A stretch of 64,000 bases of DNA, from the NCBI GenBank assembly GCA_965209165.1, contig CBDBQI010000005.1, forward strand, positions 491,440 through 555,439, read 5' to 3'. Made by a program: the position numbers and the translations under genes. How positions within the stretch are numbered: position 1 is the stretch's first letter; the number at the start of each line of letters is the position of its first letter. The notes under the pieces were generated by a model. The model ran no database searches, had not been told where the DNA came from, and was given only the letters and a program-made list of their open reading frames with translations. Positions 10,337 to 18,695 of the stretch are shown here, in pieces. Source of the stretch: Dehalococcoidia bacterium. GTDB taxonomy: Bacteria; Chloroflexota; Dehalococcoidia; Lucifugimonadales; CAJWER01.

Positions 10337-11964
10337 CCAGCCGGGCAGTGGCGGAGAGAGCGGCGGAGCGTGAGCCGGACCTCACGTTCAAGATTGCCAC
10401 GGAAGAGTGGGAGCTGGAACAGGTCTTCAGGCTCAACTATGCCACGTTCGTGGAAGAGGTGCCGCAGCACGACCGCAACTCGTCGAGGCGGCTGATCGAC
10501 CGGTTCCACGACGAGAACACGTACTTCATCTGCCTGAGGGGGAAGGACCTGGCGGGGATGGTGGCCCTTCGGGACCGGCGGCCCTTCTCGCTCGATGAGA
10601 AGCTGGGCAGCATCGACGAATACCTGCCGCCCGGCAGCTCGGTTTGCGAGATCAGGCTCCTGTCCGTAGAGAAGGAGCGGCGCAACGGGCGCGTGATCCA
10701 GGGTCTCCTGTCGCTCCTGGCGAAACACTGCATTAAGGGCGGCTACGACATCGCGGTGATCTCCGGCAACGTAACTCAGCAGAGGCTCTACAGGGGGCTG
10801 GGTTTCGTGCCGTTCGGGCCCGTCGTAGGCACGCCCGATGCCGAGTTCCAGCCGATGTACCGCAGGCTCGCGACGCTGGAGCAGGACTTCACGGGCCGGT
10901 TCCACCCCTCGGTCGAGCGCAACGGCGGACGGAGGGTCAACCTGATGCCGGGCCCCGTGGCCATCCGCCAGGACGTTGCGAGGGCTTTTGCGAAGACCCC
11001 GGTCTCGCACCGCTCTCCGGCATTCATGGCCGACATGCAGCGTGCCAAGCGGCGGCTGTGCGACCTCGCCGGCGCGCGGTCGGTGGAGATACTGCTGGGC
11101 TCGGGGACCATGGCCAACGACGCCATAGCGGCCCAGCTCTCGCTGCTGGAAGGACGAGGTCTCGTCCTCAGCAACGGCGAATTTGGAGACAGGCTGCTCG
11201 ACCACGCCGCCAGGATGGGCCTGGAGTTCGACGCGCTCGAGCAGGAGTGGGGCGGCCAGCTCGATGCCGCCGCGCTCTCGGCGGCGATAGGCACCGGCGC
11301 CTACTCCTGGGCCTGGGCCGTCCACTGTGAGACTTCCACCGGCGTGCTCAACGACATGGGCCGGATCCAGTCCATTTGCGGCCCCGCCGGCGTCAGGCTT
11401 GCCCTGGACTGCATCAGCTCCATCGGCACCCTGCCCGTCGACCTGTCCGGCGTATTCCTCGCGTCGGGTGTCAGCGGCAAGGGTCTGGGTTCGTATCCGG
11501 GCCTGTCGATGGTCTTCTACAACCACGACCTCCAACCCCGGCCTGACCGGCTTCCCCGCTACCTGGACCTGGGCCTCCACGCCGCAAAGGCAGGTGTGCC
11601 CTTCACCATGTCGTCCAACCTGGTGTACGCGCTCGACGCGGCCCTGGACCGCTTCGACTCGAACGGCGTTTTCGAGGAGATCGAAGGGACATCTTCCTGG
11701 CTCAGGCAGAGGCTGCGCGACCTGGGCTTCCGGATCGTTGCCGCCGACTCGGACGCGGCGCCTGCGGTGATCACTCTTGCCCTGCCGCCGAACCTGAGCT
11801 CGACGGAGCTTGGCGACAGCCTCGAACAGGCGGGGTTCTCCCTCAGCTACAACAGCGAGTACCTGCGGGCGCGGAACTGGATACAGATATGCCTGATGGG
11901 CGAGTTCTCCAGGCGCGACGTGGAGCCCCTGCTGGACGCGATGGCGCACATCCAGCTCGCCTAG
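10333..11964 (+). CDS. Fusion protein: N-terminal N-acyl amino acid synthase/OlsB-like GNAT-fold domain plus C-terminal class V aminotransferase (AGXT/PhnW-like)
   Basis: Residues 1-180 (EIRLLSVEKERRNGRVIQGLL...ISGNVTQQRLYRGLGFVPFG) resemble NAS/OlsB-type N-acyltransferases. Residues 200-543 (GPVAIRQDVARAF...ILLGSGTMANDAIAAQL...) are a class V aminotransferase. A 4-nt ATGA overlap with plsY suggests translational coupling. Confidence 0.65.
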   Translation: MTSRAVAERAAEREPDLTFKIATEEWELEQVFRLNYATFVEEVPQHDRNSSRRLIDRFHDENTYFICLRGKDLAGMVALRDRRPFSLDEKLGSIDEYLPPGSSVCEIRLLSVEKERRNGRVIQGLLSLLAKHCIKGGYDIAVISGNVTQQRLYRGLGFVPFGPVVGTPDAEFQPMYRRLATLEQDFTGRFHPSVERNGGRRVNLMPGPVAIRQDVARAFAKTPVSHRSPAFMADMQRAKRRLCDLAGARSVEILLGSGTMANDAIAAQLSLLEGRGLVLSNGEFGDRLLDHAARMGLEFDALEQEWGGQLDAAALSAAIGTGAYSWAWAVHCETSTGVLNDMGRIQSICGPAGVRLALDCISSIGTLPVDLSGVFLASGVSGKGLGSYPGLSMVFYNHDLQPRPDRLPRYLDLGLHAAKAGVPFTMSSNLVYALDAALDRFDSNGVFEEIEGTSSWLRQRLRDLGFRIVAADSDAAPAVITLALPPNLSSTELGDSLEQAGFSLSYNSEYLRARNWIQICLMGEFSRRDVEPLLDAMAHIQLA

Positions 11965-12006
11965 AGACTATCTCAAAACTCTCCAGCGAGCCCCTAGCCC
12001 GGGAAG

Positions 12007-12070
12007 ATCGTTCGTCCTGAGCCTGTCGAAGATCCTGCCCCGTACTCGATACGGGGACAGTTCTCAGCAG
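12007..12070. repeat. Structured intergenic repeat family, copy B
   Basis: gatcgttcgtcctgagcctgtcgaagatcctgccccgtactcgatacggggacagttctcagcag. Inner hairpin ccccgta/tacgggg, outer cctgagc/gctcag. Between convergent genes. Confidence 0.65.
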
Positions 12071-12105
12071 CGCACACGGTACTTGAGATAGTTACTTGGC
12101 CCGGC

Positions 12106-13044
12106 CTAGATCCGAATACCGCTGCTGGCCCTGAACTCGGCTACCGCGTTCCTGATCCGCTCGTATCCCGCATGGTCGGTCACCACGTCTTCGGGGCGCT
12201 CCACGCTGCGCGCCAGGAATCCGGGCTCGCGCACCGACTTGACCGGCCTGCGCCCGTCCTGGTAGCGGATGTCCACGCTCCACCGTATGCGGTCGGACAT
12301 GTTGGGCGGCGACACGTGGGGCACATGCTGGTGCATCAGCAGCGCGTCGCCGACGTTCATCGGCACGACAAGCGGCTCCAGGTCGTCCAGCTCGTCCACG
12401 AACTCGGACGGGTCCCACTGCTCCTCGTAGGGCGCCGTGTGCTGGTGGCCGCCGGGCAGGACGTGGAGGCAGCCGTTCTTCTCGTCGACCGGCACAAGCG
12501 GAATCCAGAAGTTCGGCTCCGGCATCTGGGGCGCCGCGACGATGCGCGACATGAACCGGCCGCCCGCGCCCGGGTCCTCGGCCCCGAGTCCGTACTGCTG
12601 CCGGACGTACGTGATGCGCTTCGCCGCATATGCCGTGTCCTCGTGCCACCGGAAGTCGGCCACGCCGTAGTTGGGCAGCTTCGGCCGGAGGCGGTGGCGG
12701 CCCTCGCAGTGCACCTCGGGCCCCAATATCCCCTCGACGATGTCCAGCAGCCTTACGTGGCTCAGGATGCCGAACAGCTCGGGCCCCATCAGGACCGACC
12801 CGACGACCTCGTCGTACGCCTCCCCTGCATCCTCGACGATGCTGATGAACCTCGTCTCGAACCCCTCGTCCTCGTAGGTCGACCGGATTCGCTCCTCCGA
12901 ATGGTATGTCCTGGCGACCCTGTCTACAGCCACGTCGATCTCATCGATCAGCGGCTGTAGCTCTGCGGGCTCGAACAGCCCCTCCAGCAGCACGTAGCCA
13001 AGATCGTCATACTGTTGCTTCTGTTCCGGCGTCAGTCCGGCCAT
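12106..13044 (-). CDS. Phytanoyl-CoA dioxygenase (PhyH) family Fe(II)/2-oxoglutarate oxygenase
   Basis: 312 aa. N-terminus LTPEQKQQYDDLGYVLLEGLF and internal WHEDTAY/HVLPGGHQ motifs match the PhyH family. Confidence 0.75.
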   Translation of the reverse strand: MAGLTPEQKQQYDDLGYVLLEGLFEPAELQPLIDEIDVAVDRVARTYHSEERIRSTYEDEGFETRFISIVEDAGEAYDEVVGSVLMGPELFGILSHVRLLDIVEGILGPEVHCEGRHRLRPKLPNYGVADFRWHEDTAYAAKRITYVRQQYGLGAEDPGAGGRFMSRIVAAPQMPEPNFWIPLVPVDEKNGCLHVLPGGHQHTAPYEEQWDPSEFVDELDDLEPLVVPMNVGDALLMHQHVPHVSPPNMSDRIRWSVDIRYQDGRRPVKSVREPGFLARSVERPEDVVTDHAGYERIRNAVAEFRASSGIRI

Positions 13045-13213
13045 CGGCTATCCCTCCGGGGTGCTGGTCATGCCACTCGCTCGTACGGTGTCTCGCAAGC
13101 GGTTTATCTTTCGGCTGGCCCCGCCCCATAATACTATGACCTGCCGCCTGCCGCTCAGGTCGGGCGACCCGGCCTCCAGGGCGTCGGCTGGCAGCAAGAA
13201 GCGACATGGGTTG

Positions 13214-13810
13214 ATGCCAAAAGTACTGGCAATACTGACAGCCGCCGGAGAGTCGTCCCGAATGGGCCGGCCCAAGGCCCTGCTGCCGTGGCGAGGAACA
13301 ACTCTCGTCGAGTACCAGGTCTCGAGCCTGCTGGAGGGCGGCGCGTCCGAGGTTGTCGTCGTCTTGGGGCATGAGCACGAGGCTGTAGCGCCGCGCGTCA
13401 AAGGTGACTGTGTAACGTACGTCATCAACCCCCAATATGCCCTCGGCAAGACCACCTCGATCAAGGCGGGGCTTCGCGAGCTGGGCCCCGGGGTCACCGA
13501 CATAATGCTGCTGGCGGTAGACCAGCCCCGCCCGCCGGAGATAGTCGCCCGGGTGGTGGAATCTCACCTTGCTGCGGGCGCACTAGTCACGTCGCCGAGG
13601 TATCGTGGCCGGGGAGGACATCCGCTCATATTCTCGGCTGCGCTGAGAGCCGAGCTAGCGGCCATCACCGAAGGGGGGCAGGGCGTTCGCGCAGTCTTCA
13701 GGGCCCACGCTGCGGACGTGAACGAAGTCCGCATCGACGACCCCGTGATAAGGCTCGACCTGAACACGCCGGAGGACTACCGCCTGGCCAGGGCCCGCTA
13801 CGGCGCGTGA
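13214..13810 (+). CDS. MobA-like NTP transferase (molybdenum cofactor cytidylyl/guanylyltransferase family)
   Basis: MPKVLAILTAAGESSRMGRPKALLPW matches the MobA/MocA nucleotidyltransferase N-terminus. The in-frame ATG at 13214 is the preferred start. Confidence 0.7.
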   Translation: MPKVLAILTAAGESSRMGRPKALLPWRGTTLVEYQVSSLLEGGASEVVVVLGHEHEAVAPRVKGDCVTYVINPQYALGKTTSIKAGLRELGPGVTDIMLLAVDQPRPPEIVARVVESHLAAGALVTSPRYRGRGGHPLIFSAALRAELAAITEGGQGVRAVFRAHAADVNEVRIDDPVIRLDLNTPEDYRLARARYGA

Positions 13811-13869
13811 GCCAGACCCAGTACCCTTGCTCGCCCTAATGTCCGCACTTGGGATCGCGCCTGGCGCGC

Positions 13870-14505
13870 TCAGTCGGATAACTGGGCGGGCCTCATGCCG
13901 GTCATGTCTATCTCATCGGGCGTGACTATTCCGCCTGACAGCACCATGCTCATGGCCTGCTGAACGTTCATGTCCACGTCGTACACCCCCTCGATCGGCA
14001 CGACGCCCACCCAGCCGGAGTTGGGGGTCGGCGCCGTGGGCACGTAGACGACGCACATCTCCCCATCGTTCGTCATGGTGGTTGCCGTCAGGAAGCCTAT
14101 CATCCACGTTCCCGACTTCGGGTATTCGATCAGCACGACTCGCTTGAAGCCGGACTCAGAGGTCCCTGAGAACGAGTCGATGAGCTGGCGGGCGGGGCTG
14201 TAGATCGCGCCCACCACGGGGATGGACAGGAGCCACTTCTGGACGCCCCCGATCATCCTCCTGCCCAGGTGGCTCATATTCCAAAGCTGCCCAATGAGGT
14301 AGACGAGCAGCAACAAGGCCACGATGCCTATTCCCGGGATGTGGCGTCCGATCCATTCGTCGAGGAGGGGCCCCAGGAACCCATCCATCAGGTTGAATAC
14401 CAGGCGAAGCACCCAGAAGGTGATTGCCAGAGGCACGACGATGATCAGCCCGGCGATCATCGCTCTTCGGAGATGTTCCCAGAGGCGTACTCTCAGTACT
14501 CGCAC
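13870..14505 (-). CDS. DUF502 family membrane protein
   Basis: 211 aa with two N-terminal TM segments and a conserved DUF502-like core (KRVVLIEYPKSGTWMIGF). Confidence 0.65.
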   Translation of the reverse strand: MRVLRVRLWEHLRRAMIAGLIIVVPLAITFWVLRLVFNLMDGFLGPLLDEWIGRHIPGIGIVALLLLVYLIGQLWNMSHLGRRMIGGVQKWLLSIPVVGAIYSPARQLIDSFSGTSESGFKRVVLIEYPKSGTWMIGFLTATTMTNDGEMCVVYVPTAPTPNSGWVGVVPIEGVYDVDMNVQQAMSMVLSGGIVTPDEIDMTGMRPAQLSD

Positions 14506-14643
14506 ACGCCACCTCCAGCGGGGCTGTCGGCGACTATACCATACGTCATGTCTGCGAACCCGATGGAGACCGAGACTCGCTGTCCGCGCCGGACTAGCTA
14601 CAGGGGGAGCAGGTGTGCGACACCCGAGGGGATTCCGCGAGGC

Positions 14644-16587
14644 CTACTCGCCAGGCCCGATGCGTGCGTCGAACCAGCCCTTCATGCGGCGCAGGTACTC
14701 GACTCGCATCTTGGGGTGCCCGCTCCTTAAGAAGGAGTGGCTGCACCCCGGGAAGCGGACCAGCTCGACCTCCTTCCCCAGGCGCTTCAGGGAGACGAAC
14801 ATCTCCTCGCTCTGGCCTATCGGGCACCGGTGGTCGTCCTCGCCGTGGAGCAGCAGGACGGGCGTCGCGACGTTCGCCGCGTAGGTGAGGGGCGAGCGCT
14901 CGACGAAGGTATCGAAGCTGTCGGCCAGGCTCCCGCCCCACTGGGGCTCCCCAAAGCTCACCCCGATGTCGGACGTCCCGTACATGCTCGCGAGGTTCAC
15001 GACCGGCGCGCCGACGACGGCTGCACGGAACCGGTCGGTATGCCCGACGGCCCACGAGCTCATGAAGCCGCCGTAGCTGTAGCCGTGTATGCCCAGCCGC
15101 GTTTCGTCGACGAAGCCGCGGGCGCATACGTCATCGAGAGCAGCCATGATGTCCTGGTAGTCCTCGCCGCCCCAGTCCTCGATCACCGCTTTCGCGAAGT
15201 CCAGCCCGTAGGTGGTCGATCCTCTCGGATTGACGGCCAGCACCAGGTACCCGGCCGTCGCCAGCACGTGGTGGGTGGAGTCGAAGGAGTCCTGGAACCT
15301 GCCGTGCGGGCCGCCGTGAATGTCGACGACCAGCGCGTAGCACCGTGACTCGTCGAAGTCCGGAGGCACGATCAGCCTCGACTCGACCTCCATGCCGCCG
15401 CGCCTGATGATGGACTTGGTCATCGCGCCAGGTTCGTGCTCGGCGAAATACTCGTCGTTCGAGGACGTGAGCCGGCGCTGTGTGCCATCGCCCAGGTCCA
15501 CGAGATGGAGGTCGCCGGCGGTGTCCGGCGGCGTGGAGCGCATCACGGCCGTTCGGGCCTCCACATCCAGCGTGAGCGAAATCGACTGTGCTCCGCCGCC
15601 GGCGAGCACTCTAAGCGGCCCTCCAGCAGCATCGACCTCGCACACGAAGGACTCGCCGCGATGGTCTGCCAGGAAGACGATCCTGTCTTCGTTCGTCCAC
15701 CGCAGCTCCGGCGCAGGCAGCACCGGCGAGTAGTCGCCGTCGGTCAGCTTGCGAGCGCCGTCTCGGTCCGCGACGAACAGGAAGGACTGCCTCGGGTCGC
15801 CCAGCGCAGGGTCGTCCGTCCCGACTATGGCCAGCCGCTCGGCGTCGGGCGACCACGCGACGGCCCCCGAGAGCGGGTTCTGGCTGAAGCAGGACACTTC
15901 CGTAGCCCATCGCTCCGGCTCGCCACCTTCAGCGGAAACCACGTGGGCTCCGGCGTTCCATGACGTGTCGCGGCCTTCAACGGCGTCCGAGACGTAGGCT
16001 ATGCGAGTCCCATCGGGAGACCACACGGGCGCCGCGTGCTCCCCTTCCCCAGACGTCAACTGCCGGGCGCCTCCTGACGCCGCGTCGACGACGAAGACGT
16101 GGCGGAATGTGTCGCCGCGCCAGCCGCCTGCGTCGGTCCTGTACCGGATGCGCCGGACGACTCTAACCTCGGGGCCGGGCTCGCTGGCGGCGTCCTGTTC
16201 CGGCGTGACGTCTGAGACGAACGCTATCCGTCCGCCGTCCGGCGACCACGCGATGTCCCCTACCCCGCCCTCGACGTCCGTGACCCGCCGGGCCTCGCCG
16301 AAGTCCAGCGGGATGACCCAGAGCTGCTTCCGCCCGCGCTCGTCGGGTCTCACGAAGGCGACCTGGCTACCGTCCGGCGAGAAGTGCGGCGCGGTGTCGG
16401 AGTCGCCCTGGGTGAGGGCCCGGTGCTCGCCATCGGGAAGCGGGGCCAGCGTGAGCCGCGACCGCTCCTTCATCGACTTGCGGTCGATCTCCGCACTCGA
16501 ATAGGCCAGCCGGCCGCCGTCCGGCGAGATCGACGGTTCGCCAACCCTGACTAGCTCGTAAACATGCTCAGGCCCGATTGGGTTCAC
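14644..16587 (-). CDS. S9 family serine peptidase (prolyl oligopeptidase/acylaminoacyl-peptidase) with N-terminal beta-propeller
   Basis: 647 aa. GYSYGGFMSS nucleophile motif (GxSxGG). TolB/WD40-like N-terminal repeats. C-terminal Asp and His (GEDDHRCP). Confidence 0.85.
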   Translation of the reverse strand: MNPIGPEHVYELVRVGEPSISPDGGRLAYSSAEIDRKSMKERSRLTLAPLPDGEHRALTQGDSDTAPHFSPDGSQVAFVRPDERGRKQLWVIPLDFGEARRVTDVEGGVGDIAWSPDGGRIAFVSDVTPEQDAASEPGPEVRVVRRIRYRTDAGGWRGDTFRHVFVVDAASGGARQLTSGEGEHAAPVWSPDGTRIAYVSDAVEGRDTSWNAGAHVVSAEGGEPERWATEVSCFSQNPLSGAVAWSPDAERLAIVGTDDPALGDPRQSFLFVADRDGARKLTDGDYSPVLPAPELRWTNEDRIVFLADHRGESFVCEVDAAGGPLRVLAGGGAQSISLTLDVEARTAVMRSTPPDTAGDLHLVDLGDGTQRRLTSSNDEYFAEHEPGAMTKSIIRRGGMEVESRLIVPPDFDESRCYALVVDIHGGPHGRFQDSFDSTHHVLATAGYLVLAVNPRGSTTYGLDFAKAVIEDWGGEDYQDIMAALDDVCARGFVDETRLGIHGYSYGGFMSSWAVGHTDRFRAAVVGAPVVNLASMYGTSDIGVSFGEPQWGGSLADSFDTFVERSPLTYAANVATPVLLLHGEDDHRCPIGQSEEMFVSLKRLGKEVELVRFPGCSHSFLRSGHPKMRVEYLRRMKGWFDARIGPGE

Positions 16588-16596
16588 GTCAGCGCC

Positions 16597-16977
16597 TCAC
16601 CTGACGGCCATGAGCAGCCCGGCAACCGGAACGAGCCGCTGCCGAACAGGATCGATACCAAGCCCGAATACCTCCAGCGGTACCGAGCCGAGCAAGGGCC
16701 TCGTGCCCTCCTCGCCGAACACCGCCAGCACCGGGTTGACCCGCCCATCCAGTCTCAGGGCAACGTTGCCAACGTCGTACGTGATCTCCCGGCCGTCTGC
16801 GACCGCAAACCGCCGCCTCTCAGTAGGCTCGACTCCGAGAGAATGAAGAACGTCCCGGCCCACTACCAAGTAGGACGCTCCAGTGTCAACAAGTGCATCT
16901 ACAGCCACATAGCCGCGGCCCAAAAGGTCGCCCACCTCGACGGACACGCTGAAAGTCCCCATTGCCATCCTCTGCAA
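16597..16977 (-). CDS. Retropepsin-like (clan AA) aspartic protease, single-domain
   Basis: 126 aa. ALVDTGAS active-site motif (D-T-G-A). The size fits a dimeric retropepsin-like domain. Lies 9 nt upstream of the S9 peptidase start. Confidence 0.7.
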   Translation of the reverse strand: MQRMAMGTFSVSVEVGDLLGRGYVAVDALVDTGASYLVVGRDVLHSLGVEPTERRRFAVADGREITYDVGNVALRLDGRVNPVLAVFGEEGTRPLLGSVPLEVFGLGIDPVRQRLVPVAGLLMAVR

Positions 16978-16992
16978 CTCGCCCAGAATATA

Positions 16993-18396
16993 CTACATGC
17001 TGTCCGTGTCGGGTTGCCGCTCGTGCCAGTTGGTCAGCGACTGGTACAGGCGGGCGGCAGCCAGGATGGAGTTCTCGGCGTACGCCCGGCCCAGGAGCTG
17101 GACCCCGGTCGGCAGGCCCTCGTCCGTGAAGCCGTCCGGCACTGTGATCGCGGGAAGCCCGGCCAGCACGCCAATTGCCGAGACCGGCGGCGCTGCGCCA
17201 CTGCTGCCGCGCCGGCTCTTGTCGAATTCCTTGTCCACCGGCGGGGCCGCCCCGGAGGCAGGAGCGATCATCGCATCGTAGGGCTCCAGGACCACGTCGA
17301 TCTCCTTCGCGATCAGTCCGCGGAGTCTCAGCGCCTTCAGGTACTCGGTTGCCAGGACCGCCCTTCCCGCGTACGGGCCGAACTGCCCGGACCGGTCCGT
17401 TAGCTCGGAGGCCTTGCCCTCGTCGACGAAGTCCTCCAGCGCGCTTGCCGACTCGGCCGCCTGGACTACGAACGTGGCGGCCTCGTATGGATACTCCGGC
17501 AGCGCAACCTCGGTTACGTCCGCCACGCCTTCGAGCGCCGCAAGGGCCGCTTCGAAGTTCGCGCGGTCGGCATCGTCGCAGTCCGCCGCCGCATCCTCCG
17601 GCACGGCGAGCTTCAAGCGGCCTGTGGGAAGGCCGGGGCCGTCGTAACGGTATGGGCGGCTCGTAGTCGTGGGGTCGAGGGGGTCGGCCCCGGCGATGCT
17701 GTCCAGCACGACACCGCAGTCGTCGGCGGTCAGGCAGAGGGGGCCCAGCTTGTCCAGGCTCCACGAGAGGGCCATCGCGCCGTGCCTGCTCACCCGGCCG
17801 TACGTGGGCCTCAGCCCGGCCAGGCCGCACAACGACCCCGGGACGAGAATCGAGCCCCACGTCTCGGAGCCGATAGCGAACGGGACAAGACCCGCCGCTA
17901 CCGCCGCACCCGACCCGGAAGACGAGCCCCCGGCCCACCGTGTCGTATCCCAGGGGTTCAGCCCCGGCCCGGTAAATGATGCGTCGAGACTCTCATAGCC
18001 CATCCCGCCGGCCATCTCGACCATGGCCATCTTGGCCGCCAGGACCGCCCCGGCGTCCCTGAGCTTGCGGATGACGGTAGCGTCATAGTCGAAGACCTGC
18101 CCGCGAAGTGGCGCGGCGCCCCAGGTAGTCGGGATTCCCCTGGTGGCCAGCAGGTCCTTGGCCCCGTACGGTATGCCGTGCAGGGGGCCGCGGTACTCAC
18201 CTCTGGCCAGCTCCTCATCGGCGCGGCCGGCCTGCTCCATCGCCGGCTCGCGGGTGACGGTCACCGTCGCGTTGAACCGCGGTCCGAGCGCTTCCAGCCG
18301 CTCTAGGAACGTCCCGGCAAGCTCGACTGACGAGACCTGTCGCGTCCTGACGAGCTCCGACAGCTCCCGAACGGGCCGGTACACCAGGTCGCTCAA
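16993..18396 (-). CDS. Amidase signature (AS) family amidase (GatA/AtzE-like)
   Basis: 467 aa with the AS signature GGSSSGSGAAVAAGLVPFAIGSETWGSIL. Confidence 0.85.
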   Translation of the reverse strand: MSDLVYRPVRELSELVRTRQVSSVELAGTFLERLEALGPRFNATVTVTREPAMEQAGRADEELARGEYRGPLHGIPYGAKDLLATRGIPTTWGAAPLRGQVFDYDATVIRKLRDAGAVLAAKMAMVEMAGGMGYESLDASFTGPGLNPWDTTRWAGGSSSGSGAAVAAGLVPFAIGSETWGSILVPGSLCGLAGLRPTYGRVSRHGAMALSWSLDKLGPLCLTADDCGVVLDSIAGADPLDPTTTSRPYRYDGPGLPTGRLKLAVPEDAAADCDDADRANFEAALAALEGVADVTEVALPEYPYEAATFVVQAAESASALEDFVDEGKASELTDRSGQFGPYAGRAVLATEYLKALRLRGLIAKEIDVVLEPYDAMIAPASGAAPPVDKEFDKSRRGSSGAAPPVSAIGVLAGLPAITVPDGFTDEGLPTGVQLLGRAYAENSILAAARLYQSLTNWHERQPDTDSM

Positions 18397-18614
18397 TCTT
18401 CCCTGCTTTCGTTTCTGTAGGGCACGAAGACCGAGAAGGGCTCGATGCCGTTCTGGAGCCTGACGGCCTTCAAACGCCTGCCATTGGCTACGACACCCTC
18501 GATCCGGCGCCTGACGTCGCCGAGGGCCGTGGGGGCTATGAGGCCGCCGTACCGCTCCCTGACCAGCGCAAATCTCCGGTCCACCTCAGCCTGGTGTATC
18601 TCCTCACCGCTCAT
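18393..18614 (-). CDS. Small amidase-associated protein (GatC/AtzG-like, DUF4089-type?), translationally coupled to the amidase
   Basis: 73 aa from MSGEEIHQAEVDRRFALVRERYGG. A GGAGGAGCA ribosome-binding site lies immediately upstream. Its stop overlaps the amidase start by 4 nt. Family assignment is tentative. Confidence 0.5.
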   Translation of the reverse strand: MSGEEIHQAEVDRRFALVRERYGGLIAPTALGDVRRRIEGVVANGRRLKAVRLQNGIEPFSVFVPYRNESRED

Positions 18615-18695
18615 TGCTCCTCCTAGGCTTGATGGTAGGGGCCTCCCAGGGTCTTGATGGTAGGGGCGACTCGATGAGTCGCCCTTCCACCACAT

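Noticed and set aside
10096-11949. 617-aa minus-strand ORF
   Set aside because: Antisense to the well-supported NAS/aminotransferase fusion gene. R/G/P-rich composition typical of a high-GC antisense frame.
13100-13140. Possible -10 box (CATAAT/TAATACT) upstream of the MobA-like gene
   Set aside because: No convincing -35 at 17±1 spacing. Left as unsupported, unlike the clean TTGGCA-N17-TATAAT upstream of plsY.
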